DNA of 64,000 nucleotides. It comes from Candidatus Poribacteria bacterium. Its GTDB lineage: Bacteria; Poribacteria; WGA-4E; PCPOR2b. The notes beneath the pieces are model-generated. The model was not told where the DNA came from. It searched no databases and saw nothing but the letters and a program-made list of their open reading frames with translations. The stretch lies in contig OZ242351.1 in the NCBI GenBank assembly GCA_965208675.1, forward strand, positions 4,448,001-4,512,000, read 5' to 3'. The translations under genes and the position numbers were made by a program. Numbering within the stretch: position 1 is the first letter of the stretch; each line of letters opens with the position of its first letter. Of the stretch, positions 9,723 to 19,092 are shown in pieces.

Positions 9723-10327
9723 TTATCGAAGAGAGACTCGACAAGAATGCAATTGTAACGTCGGTTGATGCAGTTGCGAATTGGGCGCGGGCGTCGTCAC
9801 TCTGGCCCATGACGTTCGGGCTTGCCTGCTGCGCAATCGAGTTTATGGCGACCGCTGCTTCCAACTACGATTTGGATCGCTTTGGCGCCGGTGTGCCTCG
9901 TGCGACGCCCCGTCAATCCGATCTCATGATTGTTTCAGGCACAGTTACGTTAAAAATGGCGACACGAATCAAACGCCTCTATGAGCAGATGCCAGAACCG
10001 AAATACGTCATTTCTATGGGGAGTTGTGCCACGAGCGGCGGTCCGTATTGGCAGCACGGTTACCATGTCCTGAAGGGGGTAGACCGCATTATACCGGTTG
10101 ACGTTTATGTGCCGGGATGTCCGCCGCGGCCTGAAGCGGTGCTCGAAGGGTTGATGAAGCTGCAAGAGAAAATTAAAACGCAGACGGTAGCAAAACGCCG
10201 CAATATGCCTTTCTTGAGGAAACTCTTTACCAAGACAGAGTTGGCGAACAACGAGGCAGCGATGGAAGAAGCAAAAGCACATCTCGCTGAACATGAGGAA
10301 TCTGAACGCGAAGAGGCTGCGGACTAA
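9719..10327 (+). CDS. nuoB: NADH-quinone oxidoreductase subunit B
   Basis: [23 protein letters not shown] (N2 cluster ligands). Confidence 0.97.
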   Translation: MIIEERLDKNAIVTSVDAVANWARASSLWPMTFGLACCAIEFMATAASNYDLDRFGAGVPRATPRQSDLMIVSGTVTLKMATRIKRLYEQMPEPKYVISMGSCATSGGPYWQHGYHVLKGVDRIIPVDVYVPGCPPRPEAVLEGLMKLQEKIKTQTVAKRRNMPFLRKLFTKTELANNEAAMEEAKAHLAEHEESEREEAAD

Positions 10328-10351
10328 AGTAATTAGGAGAGATTCTTTTCT

Positions 10352-10834
10352 GTGACGCCGCAAGAGATTTACACTCGGTTAAAAGGTGAATTTGGAGAAT
10401 CAATTCTCTCATTTGAAGAAACTGTTGTCGATCCCTTTATAGTCGTTGCCCCCGAATCGATAGCCGATGTCGGACGATACCTAGCGGAAGATGAGGCGTT
10501 GGCTTTCGATTTTTTAATGTGCCTCAGTGGGGTTGATTTGAGCGTTAAAGCTGAAGACCTTGAGGTTGTATATCACCTCAACTCAATGACCCACCGCCAC
10601 AACGTTGTCCTCAAAGTCGTCGTCCACAAAGAAAATCCCCACGTACCCACCGTCGAAAACATCTGGAAGACCGCCAACTGGCATGAGCGTGAGACGTTCG
10701 ATCTGTACGGCATAGTCTTTGACGGCCACAGCGATTTAAACCGCATTCTGCTTCCGGACGATTGGGAGGGACACCCGCTGCGCAAAGATTATAAAGAGCC
10801 TGATTTTTATCGGAGTATGCGGGTGCCGTATTGA
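10352..10834 (+). CDS. nuoC: NADH-quinone oxidoreductase subunit C
   Basis: ANWHERETFDLYG, RILLPDDWEGHPLRKDY. Confidence 0.96.
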   Translation: MTPQEIYTRLKGEFGESILSFEETVVDPFIVVAPESIADVGRYLAEDEALAFDFLMCLSGVDLSVKAEDLEVVYHLNSMTHRHNVVLKVVVHKENPHVPTVENIWKTANWHERETFDLYGIVFDGHSDLNRILLPDDWEGHPLRKDYKEPDFYRSMRVPY

Positions 10835-10993
10835 TTTGTGGACAAGGTTGGGGGTAAGTGCGTTTGAAGGCAGTTTCTGCAGAACATGCTTCGGCGTACG
10901 CAGGGACTATTTTTGCAGAAATTAGGAAATCCACCCAAACCGTTGCGTTAACGTTGAGCCGGGGAACGCAGTTGAATCGCGGGGGAATTTACT

Positions 10994-12172
10994 ATGGCAG
11001 TGCCAAAACCGGAAAGCAAATTCATTGAACTCAAGCCGTTTACGGACGAGATGGTTGTCAATATGGGGCCTCAACATCCAAGCACGCACGGTGTATTGCG
11101 GCTTGAACTGAAGCTAGATGGCGAGGTCGTCCGGGAGGCAATCCCGCATATCGGATATCTGCACCGCTGCTTTGAAAAACATTCCGAAAATCTGTCTTAC
11201 CCCCAGATAATTCCGTTCACTGACCGCATGGACTATATCGCTGCCATGAACCAGAATTGGGGGTTTTGCCTGGCTGTTGAAAAGCTGATGGCGGCTGATG
11301 AAAAAAGGGGATTCGAGGTGCCTGAACGCGCCGAATATCTGCGGGTGCTCATCTGCGAACTGAATCGGATTGGGAGCCACCTCCTATCTTTTGGCACCTA
11401 CGGCATGGACATCGGCGCGTTCACTCCGTTTCTTTACGCTTTTCGAGACCGCGAAAAAATCCTCCTGCTTTTTGAGAAAATCTGCGGTGCGCGACTGACA
11501 TATAATTATGTGCGCATCGGCGGCGTTTCGAGGGATATGCCGCCACAATTTCTTGACGAGGTCAAGGAATTTATTGACTATTTTGAGCCGAAGATTGACC
11601 AATACAACTCGCTGCTAACAGATAACGAGATTTTTATTGAACGCACGACAGGCGTCGCCGTGATGGATAATGCGATGGCGATTAACTACGGCATCACTGG
11701 CCCAAATCTTAGGGGCGCGGGGTCTCAATGGGACTTGCGCAAGGATGAACCGTACTCAATTTATGACCGGTTCGACTTTGACGTTGCGTACGGAAAAGAA
11801 ATTCCGGAAATTGGGGCGGTCTTAGGTGATTGTTGGAATCGGTACAAGGTGCGAATGGACGAAATGAAAGAGTCCGTGCGTATAATTCGCCAAATTCTTG
11901 AGGGCGATATCCCTGATGGACCGATTATGGCGGAGATGAAAGCGGTTCGCCCGCCAAAGGGCGAGATTTTCTACCGGAGTGAAGCGCCGCGCGGCGAGCT
12001 TGGGTTTTATATCGTAAGCGACGGCACGCCTAAACCGGTGCGAGTCAGAGCCAAATCGCCGTGTTTCACGGCTTTAAGTGCGTTGCAGGAGCTCAGTAGA
12101 GGATTAATGGTTGCCGATATTATCGCGATTATCGGCAGTATAGATATTGTGATGGGAGAAGTAGACCGCTAG
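10994..12172 (+). CDS. nuoD: NADH-quinone oxidoreductase subunit D
   Basis: NMGPQHPSTHGVLR, IGYLHR, EAPRGELG, C-terminal GEVDR. Confidence 0.97.
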   Translation: MAVPKPESKFIELKPFTDEMVVNMGPQHPSTHGVLRLELKLDGEVVREAIPHIGYLHRCFEKHSENLSYPQIIPFTDRMDYIAAMNQNWGFCLAVEKLMAADEKRGFEVPERAEYLRVLICELNRIGSHLLSFGTYGMDIGAFTPFLYAFRDREKILLLFEKICGARLTYNYVRIGGVSRDMPPQFLDEVKEFIDYFEPKIDQYNSLLTDNEIFIERTTGVAVMDNAMAINYGITGPNLRGAGSQWDLRKDEPYSIYDRFDFDVAYGKEIPEIGAVLGDCWNRYKVRMDEMKESVRIIRQILEGDIPDGPIMAEMKAVRPPKGEIFYRSEAPRGELGFYIVSDGTPKPVRVRAKSPCFTALSALQELSRGLMVADIIAIIGSIDIVMGEVDR

Positions 12173-12245
12173 ATTTTGGAAACGCCGAGTTTCTGTTTCT
12201 GTTACCGTGATTGCGGCGTTCGAGTACCCGACATAGGAAATCCGG

Positions 12246-13496
12246 ATGTTACCTATTCTACAGCAATTTATTCAAGACACATTCCCAGCATTCTTCACCC
12301 AAACGGGCAATGAAAATTTGTCGCAGTTGGTTCTAAAATTTTTGGAGTCGCACGTCCCGTTTCTGGCGTCGCTTCCAGTACCCGTGTTGCAACTGATTGC
12401 GATGCTCGCCGTATGCGTTATCTTCGTTGCGGTCGTGCCGTTGCTTCCGCTGTTCTTGGTCTTGGCGGAAAGAAAGGTGTCCGCCCATATCCAGGATCGT
12501 GTCGGACCGATGCGGGTGGGGCCCCACGGCGTACTTCAGACATTAGCAGACGGCGTTAAACTCATTTTCAAAGAGGACCATATTCCCCGGCAAGGCGACA
12601 AAATTCTCTTCATCGTTGCGCCGTATATCATCTTTGCATGCTCTTTTGCGGTGTTTGCGGCAATCCCGTTTGGCAAATCAATCTTGGTGAGTAACCTGAA
12701 TATTGGCATCTTTTACATCATGGCAATCTCCTCTGTCGTTGTGATTGGCGTAATTATGGCGGGTTGGGCGTCGAATAGCAAATGGTCGTTGTTGGGTGCG
12801 TTGCGTTCCGCGGCGCAGATTGTCAGCTATGAAATCCCGATCGGCCTTTCAATTTTGGCGGTCGTGATGCTTGTGGAGAGCTTGAAGATGCAGGATATTG
12901 TGATGAATCAGGGCGGCCTAGGGATATTGAGTTGGATCGTGTTTCGTACCCCGTTCACCTTTATCGCTTTTTTTGTATTCTTTATATCGGCGATTGCGGA
13001 GGTAAACCGAACCCCCTTTGATTTGCCGGAGGCGGAGTCCGAACTGGTAGCGGGATTTCACACGGAATACAGTGGCATGCGATTCGCGTTGTTCTTCATT
13101 GCGGAATATGCGAATATGTTTGCCGTGAGCGCAATTGCGTCAACGTTATTTTTAGGCGGTTGGAAAGGCATAATCCCCGGCTACGAATTCTTGGGCGGCA
13201 CACCCGGCTTTGTTATCAAGACGATGTTACTCGTCTTCGTCATGATGTGGATACGATGGACGCTGCCTCGGCTTCGCGTCGATCAACTCATGAATCTGTG
13301 TTGGAAATACCTTATCCCAATCTCATTCTTCAACATTCTTGGTATCGGGATTTGGGTGCTCATTTTTCAGAACGACAAAAATCCAGCCCATATTGGCATT
13401 AGCTTGTTGATTATCATTCTAGGAATCATCGGTGCATATTTGGTGTTAGGAAGGCGTTCATCGCAAAGCCCCGCACCACGGGCGAGTTCTGCGTAG
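12246..13496 (+). CDS. nuoH: NADH-quinone oxidoreductase subunit H
   Basis: ERKVSAHIQDRVGP, PFDLPEAESELVAGFHTEYSG, PRLRVDQL. Confidence 0.97.
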   Translation: MLPILQQFIQDTFPAFFTQTGNENLSQLVLKFLESHVPFLASLPVPVLQLIAMLAVCVIFVAVVPLLPLFLVLAERKVSAHIQDRVGPMRVGPHGVLQTLADGVKLIFKEDHIPRQGDKILFIVAPYIIFACSFAVFAAIPFGKSILVSNLNIGIFYIMAISSVVVIGVIMAGWASNSKWSLLGALRSAAQIVSYEIPIGLSILAVVMLVESLKMQDIVMNQGGLGILSWIVFRTPFTFIAFFVFFISAIAEVNRTPFDLPEAESELVAGFHTEYSGMRFALFFIAEYANMFAVSAIASTLFLGGWKGIIPGYEFLGGTPGFVIKTMLLVFVMMWIRWTLPRLRVDQLMNLCWKYLIPISFFNILGIGIWVLIFQNDKNPAHIGISLLIIILGIIGAYLVLGRRSSQSPAPRASSA

Positions 13497-13513
13497 GACA
13501 AGGAGGATTGGAC

Positions 13514-14182
13514 ATGCGTCAATATTTCTCAAATATCTACCTCGGCGTTTATTCGGTTTTCGTTGGTATGGCAATTACGTTTAGGCAGTTGTTTAAACCT
13601 TCTGTGACTCACCAATATCCGTACGAGCATTCGTTTGAGCAGAAGAAAAACGTACGCGATATCCCCCAAGGCTATCGAGGGCAGCTGTTCAATCGAATTG
13701 AGGACTGCATCGGATGCAAAAAATGCGAGATGATTTGTCCGGTTGACTGTATCTACATCACCACCGAAAAATTGCCCAAGGGGGAAAGGCTTTGGGACAG
13801 CATGAACGTCGTCCACCTCAAGGATAGGACGGAAATCGTCGGAATGATTGAAGGCGACGAAAAGATTAAGGCGGACGCGACGGTTTCGATTCAGACGCGG
13901 GAGCGCGGGGCTGTGGAAATTCCAAGTGAACAGGTCGCCCGTGTTGTCGAACGGAAGCCGGTAATTTTTTACCTAGACAAGTTCGACATTGACATGTCGC
14001 TCTGTATGTATTGCGGTCTCTGCACCGAAGTCTGTCCGACAGAATGCCTGATAATGATCGATACACTTGAAGGCATAGAGTATTCAACGTTTGACCGGAC
14101 AAACCTAATCTTCAAATTCGCCAAGCCGGAGATGTACGAAAAACAGCTTGATGAAGCTACCGATGCTGAGGCTGCCGATTAA
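13514..14182 (+). CDS. nuoI: NADH-quinone oxidoreductase subunit I with an insertion of about 55 aa
   Basis: Two CxxCxxCxxxCP motifs (CIGCKKCEMICP, CMYCGLCTEVCP). ATG 13514 is well spaced from AGGAGG. Confidence 0.93.
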   Translation: MRQYFSNIYLGVYSVFVGMAITFRQLFKPSVTHQYPYEHSFEQKKNVRDIPQGYRGQLFNRIEDCIGCKKCEMICPVDCIYITTEKLPKGERLWDSMNVVHLKDRTEIVGMIEGDEKIKADATVSIQTRERGAVEIPSEQVARVVERKPVIFYLDKFDIDMSLCMYCGLCTEVCPTECLIMIDTLEGIEYSTFDRTNLIFKFAKPEMYEKQLDEATDAEAAD

Positions 14183-14187
14183 AGTAT

Positions 14188-14700
14188 ATGGAACTTAAAC
14201 CGTTAGTTTTTTATGTTTTTGCCCTGCTCACCATCGGATCTGCGGTAATCGTTGTGACGGTACGCAACATCGTTCATGCCGCTTTTTCGCTGATGGTAAC
14301 GCTCTTTAGCATTGCAGGGCTTTATGTGTTTTTGCAGGCAGATTTTCTCGCCGCTACCCAAGTCATCGTCTATGTCGGCGGCATCCTTGTGCTTATTCTG
14401 TTTGGCGTGATGATGACCAGCGGGCGTTTGGACATGAAACTTAAGATGGAGCGCGGGCAGCTTTTCTGGGGCGGACTGGTTACCATATTAATCTTTGCGC
14501 TGCTCTTGGGTGTGATTAGACGGACGCCGTGGAACGTTCAAGAAGAACTGGGTACTGTGGAGGGAACGACCTCTCAGATAGGAAAGGCCATATTGCAGGA
14601 AGAGTTCCTGCTCCCCTTTGAGGTTGCGTCCGTGATTCTGCTAATTGCGTTAATCGGAGCGGTGTTAATTTCACGCAAGGAAGTCCGCGAAGATGAATGA
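14188..14700 (+). CDS. nuoJ: NADH-quinone oxidoreductase subunit J
   Basis: QVIVYVGGILVL, LPFEVASVILLIA. Confidence 0.96.
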   Translation: MELKPLVFYVFALLTIGSAVIVVTVRNIVHAAFSLMVTLFSIAGLYVFLQADFLAATQVIVYVGGILVLILFGVMMTSGRLDMKLKMERGQLFWGGLVTILIFALLLGVIRRTPWNVQEELGTVEGTTSQIGKAILQEEFLLPFEVASVILLIALIGAVLISRKEVREDE

Positions 14701-15004
14701 CCTCACACCATACCTTGTTATAAGTACAACCCTATTCTGCCTTGGCATATTCGCGGTTTTGACGCGGCGCAACGCCATTAGCATATTGATGGGGATTGAG
14801 CTGATTCTCAACGCCTGTAATCTGAATTTTGCCGCTTTTTCTCGGTTTGTGACGCCCCCCGATGACATCAGCGGACAAATCATCTCCATTTTCGGAATTG
14901 TGTTAGCCGCTGCCGAAGCGGCCGTGTTTTTGGCGATTATCCTGGCGATTTATAGAGAGTTTAGTACAATTAGCCCGGATGAAACTGATACGTTGAAAGG
15001 ATAG
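14693..15004 (+). CDS. nuoK: NADH-quinone oxidoreductase subunit K
   Basis: RRNAISILMGIELILNA, AAAEAAV. Confidence 0.96.
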   Translation: MNDLTPYLVISTTLFCLGIFAVLTRRNAISILMGIELILNACNLNFAAFSRFVTPPDDISGQIISIFGIVLAAAEAAVFLAIILAIYREFSTISPDETDTLKG

Positions 15005-15175
15005 GTGTCTCCGCGTTTTATCGGGCGGCGCGTGTTGGATGCCTTTAACAGTGCTAGTGATGTTGCAGCCGGTGATGGTAAGGGGCGCTCTGCTCTGCGC
15101 GATCTAAGTTATTTTGCTTCGGAACTCAGTCCGTTAACCTAAAGTTGCGGCATTTGACCATTCAGGAAGGGTGGC

Positions 15176-17371
15176 ATGTCGGTTGTTGTTCTTTTTAGTA
15201 TAATTCTGCTTTGTCCGCTCGCAGCCTTCTCGATTTTTAGCTTGCTGTTGCTAGCCGGGCGCAATTCACCCCGCCAAGATTTCATCTCAACCGCGGCAAT
15301 GCTTATTGCATTTGTCTGCTCTCTGCTGCTATTTGCTACCGCCAACCCTGAAAATCTAGACCACCAAACGCTCACCTGGCTGCCGCTCGAATCGGTCGAT
15401 TTTTCGATGGGGTTTTACTTTGACAGTGTAACAGCCGTCATGTTGCTGGTTGTCACAATTGTCAGCAGCCTCGTGCACATCTTTTCTATCGGTTATATGC
15501 ACGGCGACCCGCGCTATCCTAGATTCTTCGCCTTTCTTTCGTTATTTTCTTTTTCGATGTTGTTCTTAGTGGTATCGGACAATCTGCTCGGCATCTATAT
15601 AGGCTGGGAGCTAGTCGGGTTGTGTTCATACCTGCTTATTGGATTCTGGTTTGAAAAAAACTCCGCGGCGGATGCGTGCAAAAAAGCCTTTTTAACAACC
15701 CGCGTGGGCGACGTTGGGATGTTCATCGGGATGATGATGCTGTTCGCCAAATTCCAAACGCTGGCGCTCTATGGAGAAGACGGCATTTTCGCAGCGGTAT
15801 CGGATTTGGGCGCTGGGGACTTGACATGGCTGTCTATTGCTGGAGTGCTTATCTTCTGCGGTGCTGTTGGGAAGTCCGCGCAAGTGCCGCTGCACACATG
15901 GCTGCCGGATGCGATGGAAGGTCCCACGCCGGTCAGCGCATTAATTCACGCTGCAACCATGGTCGCCGCCGGCGTCTATCTTGCCGCGCGCATGTTCCCG
16001 CTCCTAACGCCGGATTCGTCGTTGGTCATTGCTTACATCGGTGGCATTACGGCGTTGGTAGCAGCGACCATTGCTATCGTTCGATTTGATATCAAGCGCG
16101 TGTTAGCTTATTCAACCATCAGCCAACTTGGGTATATGATGTTGGCAATCGGCGCGGGCAGCTACGTCGCGGGGCTCTTTCACTTGACTACGCATGCATT
16201 CTTCAAAGCACTGTTGTTCCTCGGATCGGGGAGCGTTATCCATGCGTTTCACGCCAGCCACCACGCACACAGCCACAATGGTGAAAATGGGAATTTGCAC
16301 GGATCCGAGGCGCCGTTCGCGAGTTTTGGTATCGACCCGGCGCAGGATATGCGTCATATGGGCGGGTTGCGGCGCAAAATGCCTGTCACATTCGTCACAA
16401 TGCTCATTGCAACGTTGTCAATCTCAGGTGTGCCGTTTCTCTTCTCGGGATTCTGGAGTAAAGATGCAATTCTGGTTGAGGTTCTCTACAGAGCGATGTT
16501 GTGGCATTCCGTTCACCACTATATTCTGTTTTGCACCGCGGCACTTGCCGCTGTCATTACGGCATTTTACATGTTCCGCCTTATTTTCATGACCTTTTTT
16601 GGTGAACCGCGCAATCGAGAGATGTATGACCATGTCCATGAATCTCCCAAGGTTATGACAGTTCCTCTTATTATTTTGGCGGTACTCAGTTTTCCAATTT
16701 TCAATACAATTGTCAACAAAGGGTTTTTTGAACACTATGTGAAATCGCCGGAACAACCTCACGTTCGTTCGCCAAAACATGCACACGACAGTCAAAGCCA
16801 AGACGTCCTGTATGCGCAGGCGGGGCTTTCAGTCGCGTATGCTGCCGAAGACGCGCACCAACATCATGATGACCATGCAGCAGGAGAACATCACAATCCA
16901 ATCCATGACAAGGCGCACAATATTGTCATACCTTTATCGTTCGTAATTGTGATTTTGGGCATTGGGCTGTCCGCACTATTCTACTACTGGAAAAAGATTT
17001 CCGCGGAAGCTGTCGCTGCCAAATTCCGCCCAATCTATAATCTTTTCTGGAACAAATATTATTTTGACGAATTTTACAACGGCGCGATTGTTGCGTTGAC
17101 CGTCGCAGGTTCAAGGTTTTTAGGGCTTTTCGATTTGCGCGTCATTGATGGCATTGTCAACGGCATCGGATTTACCGTGCGTGAGTTGTTTTCCCGGTTA
17201 ATCGGCTGGGTCGACAACACTTTCGTCGATGGACTTGTCAATTGGGTGGCGCAAATTACGTTGTCAGTGGGAGGCAGAATCAGGCGAGTTCAAACGGGAA
17301 TGATTCAAAACTACCTACTGATTATTTTGGGCGGGTCAGTGCTGTTGATTTTAATTTTCCGAAGTTTATAG
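15176..17371 (+). CDS. nuoL: NADH-quinone oxidoreductase subunit L
   Basis: WLPDAMEGPTPVSALIHAATMV, THAFFKALLFLGSG, two His-rich loops. Confidence 0.97.
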   Translation: MSVVVLFSIILLCPLAAFSIFSLLLLAGRNSPRQDFISTAAMLIAFVCSLLLFATANPENLDHQTLTWLPLESVDFSMGFYFDSVTAVMLLVVTIVSSLVHIFSIGYMHGDPRYPRFFAFLSLFSFSMLFLVVSDNLLGIYIGWELVGLCSYLLIGFWFEKNSAADACKKAFLTTRVGDVGMFIGMMMLFAKFQTLALYGEDGIFAAVSDLGAGDLTWLSIAGVLIFCGAVGKSAQVPLHTWLPDAMEGPTPVSALIHAATMVAAGVYLAARMFPLLTPDSSLVIAYIGGITALVAATIAIVRFDIKRVLAYSTISQLGYMMLAIGAGSYVAGLFHLTTHAFFKALLFLGSGSVIHAFHASHHAHSHNGENGNLHGSEAPFASFGIDPAQDMRHMGGLRRKMPVTFVTMLIATLSISGVPFLFSGFWSKDAILVEVLYRAMLWHSVHHYILFCTAALAAVITAFYMFRLIFMTFFGEPRNREMYDHVHESPKVMTVPLIILAVLSFPIFNTIVNKGFFEHYVKSPEQPHVRSPKHAHDSQSQDVLYAQAGLSVAYAAEDAHQHHDDHAAGEHHNPIHDKAHNIVIPLSFVIVILGIGLSALFYYWKKISAEAVAAKFRPIYNLFWNKYYFDEFYNGAIVALTVAGSRFLGLFDLRVIDGIVNGIGFTVRELFSRLIGWVDNTFVDGLVNWVAQITLSVGGRIRRVQTGMIQNYLLIILGGSVLLILIFRSL

Positions 17372-17536
17372 CGCGCCTGTTGGCATCGTTGCGGTACGGA
17401 CAGCAATTAAGATGCCGGCATTAAACGGCGCATTTGATTGGGCAGCGTTATTCTAAGGCGAACAATTCAGATTTAGAAGTAAATTTCACGGGAAACGAAG
17501 CAATAAAACTGTAGCATATAAATACATTCGGGGCTA

Positions 17537-19048
17537 TTGACAGGAGGGTTTCACTGGATGTTCCTTTCATTGATGATTTTTATTCCGCTCGTGGGGATGG
17601 TTGTGGTTTTGCTCCTCCCGCGCGATCAAGAAGAGTTAGCGAGACGGGTGACGCTAGGTTTTACACTGATCCCCTTGATACTGGCGGTAATTCTTTTTAT
17701 ACAATACGACCGATCAGCTTCAAATCTGCAGTTTGACTTTGACACGGTTTGGATCGAAGCGTTCGATATTCACTACCATATCGGCATAAACGGCATTAGC
17801 GTCACTTTGCTGCTCTTGACGGCGTTGTTGGGGCCAATCTGCGTCTTGGCGTCGTGGCGGAATATTGAGAAGGGAGTCAAAGCCTATCTGGCGCTGTTCC
17901 TGCTGCTAGAGACGGGGATGATCGGCTTCTTCTGCGCTCAAGACCTATTTCTGTTCTACGTTTTCTTCGAAGTGACACTGCTGCCGATGTATTTTCTGAT
18001 TGGGATTTGGGGCGGTCCCCGCCGAGAATATGCGGCAATAAAGTTCTTTTTGTATACGCTTTTCGGCGGAGTGTTGATGCTAATTGCCATCATTGCTGTC
18101 TACATTAAAGGCGGTACTTTTGATATTCCGAAACTAATCGCGCTTGCTGGGCAGGAAGGACATCCACTCGCTGACCGCACATTTCAGATTTGGGCGTTCT
18201 TAGGTTTCTTCATCGGCTTTGCGGTGAAGGTTCCCATCTTTCCGTTCCACACCTGGCTTCCTGACGCACACGTGGAAGCGCCAACCGCAATTAGCGTCAT
18301 CCTTGCAGGTATTCTACTGAAGATGGGCACCTATGGGTTGGTGCTTATCAATTTTGCCATGTTGCCAAAGGGCATGGAACTCTTCTGCAACGGCGAGGGC
18401 AGGTGGGGAAACGCCTTAGCGGTACTTGGCTTTGTCAACATTGTCTATGGATCCCTGTGTGCGTTAGCACAAAAGGACTTCAAGAAACTGGTGGCGTACT
18501 CCAGTATTGCGCACATGGGATTCGTGATTTTGGGGCTTGCGGCGCGCAACGAGAGCGGGATGAACGGCGCAATTCTCCAGATGTTCAACCACGGCGTGAT
18601 TAGCGCCATGTTGTTCCTTTTGGTAGGCGTCGTTTATGACCGCGCGCATCATCGTGAAATAGGCGGTTTTGGCGGATTAGGAAGCCAGATGCCAATATAT
18701 ACCGGCATTACAACCGTAGCGTTTATGGCGTCGCTGGGATTGCCTGGACTCAGCGGTTTCGTTGGCGAAGCGCTGTCTTTGTTGGGAGCGTATGACAAAT
18801 TCCCGAAACTGACGATTCTCTCGACAATTGGAATTGTGATTGGTGCTGCTTATTTCCTTTGGACCTTGCAGCGGGTCTTCTTGGGGCAGCTCAATCCGAA
18901 ATACGCAGATATGCCCGAAATAAATCGACGCGAAATCGTAACGCTGGTACCGCTAGGTATTTTAACAATTGTACTCGGCATTTGGCCATCCTTCGCCATG
19001 GATATGTTTAATGAAGCAGTTAAGGGTTTGATTGCGCCATTAGGTTAG
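17537..19048 (+). CDS. nuoM: NADH-quinone oxidoreductase subunit M
   Basis: PFHTWLPDAHVEAP, KKLVAYSSIAHMG, GLPGLSGFVGE. Confidence 0.97.
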   Translation: MTGGFHWMFLSLMIFIPLVGMVVVLLLPRDQEELARRVTLGFTLIPLILAVILFIQYDRSASNLQFDFDTVWIEAFDIHYHIGINGISVTLLLLTALLGPICVLASWRNIEKGVKAYLALFLLLETGMIGFFCAQDLFLFYVFFEVTLLPMYFLIGIWGGPRREYAAIKFFLYTLFGGVLMLIAIIAVYIKGGTFDIPKLIALAGQEGHPLADRTFQIWAFLGFFIGFAVKVPIFPFHTWLPDAHVEAPTAISVILAGILLKMGTYGLVLINFAMLPKGMELFCNGEGRWGNALAVLGFVNIVYGSLCALAQKDFKKLVAYSSIAHMGFVILGLAARNESGMNGAILQMFNHGVISAMLFLLVGVVYDRAHHREIGGFGGLGSQMPIYTGITTVAFMASLGLPGLSGFVGEALSLLGAYDKFPKLTILSTIGIVIGAAYFLWTLQRVFLGQLNPKYADMPEINRREIVTLVPLGILTIVLGIWPSFAMDMFNEAVKGLIAPLG

Positions 19049-19092
19049 AAAGGCTTTCGGACGGTAACAGCCGGAGCCGGAGGTACGCAAAT

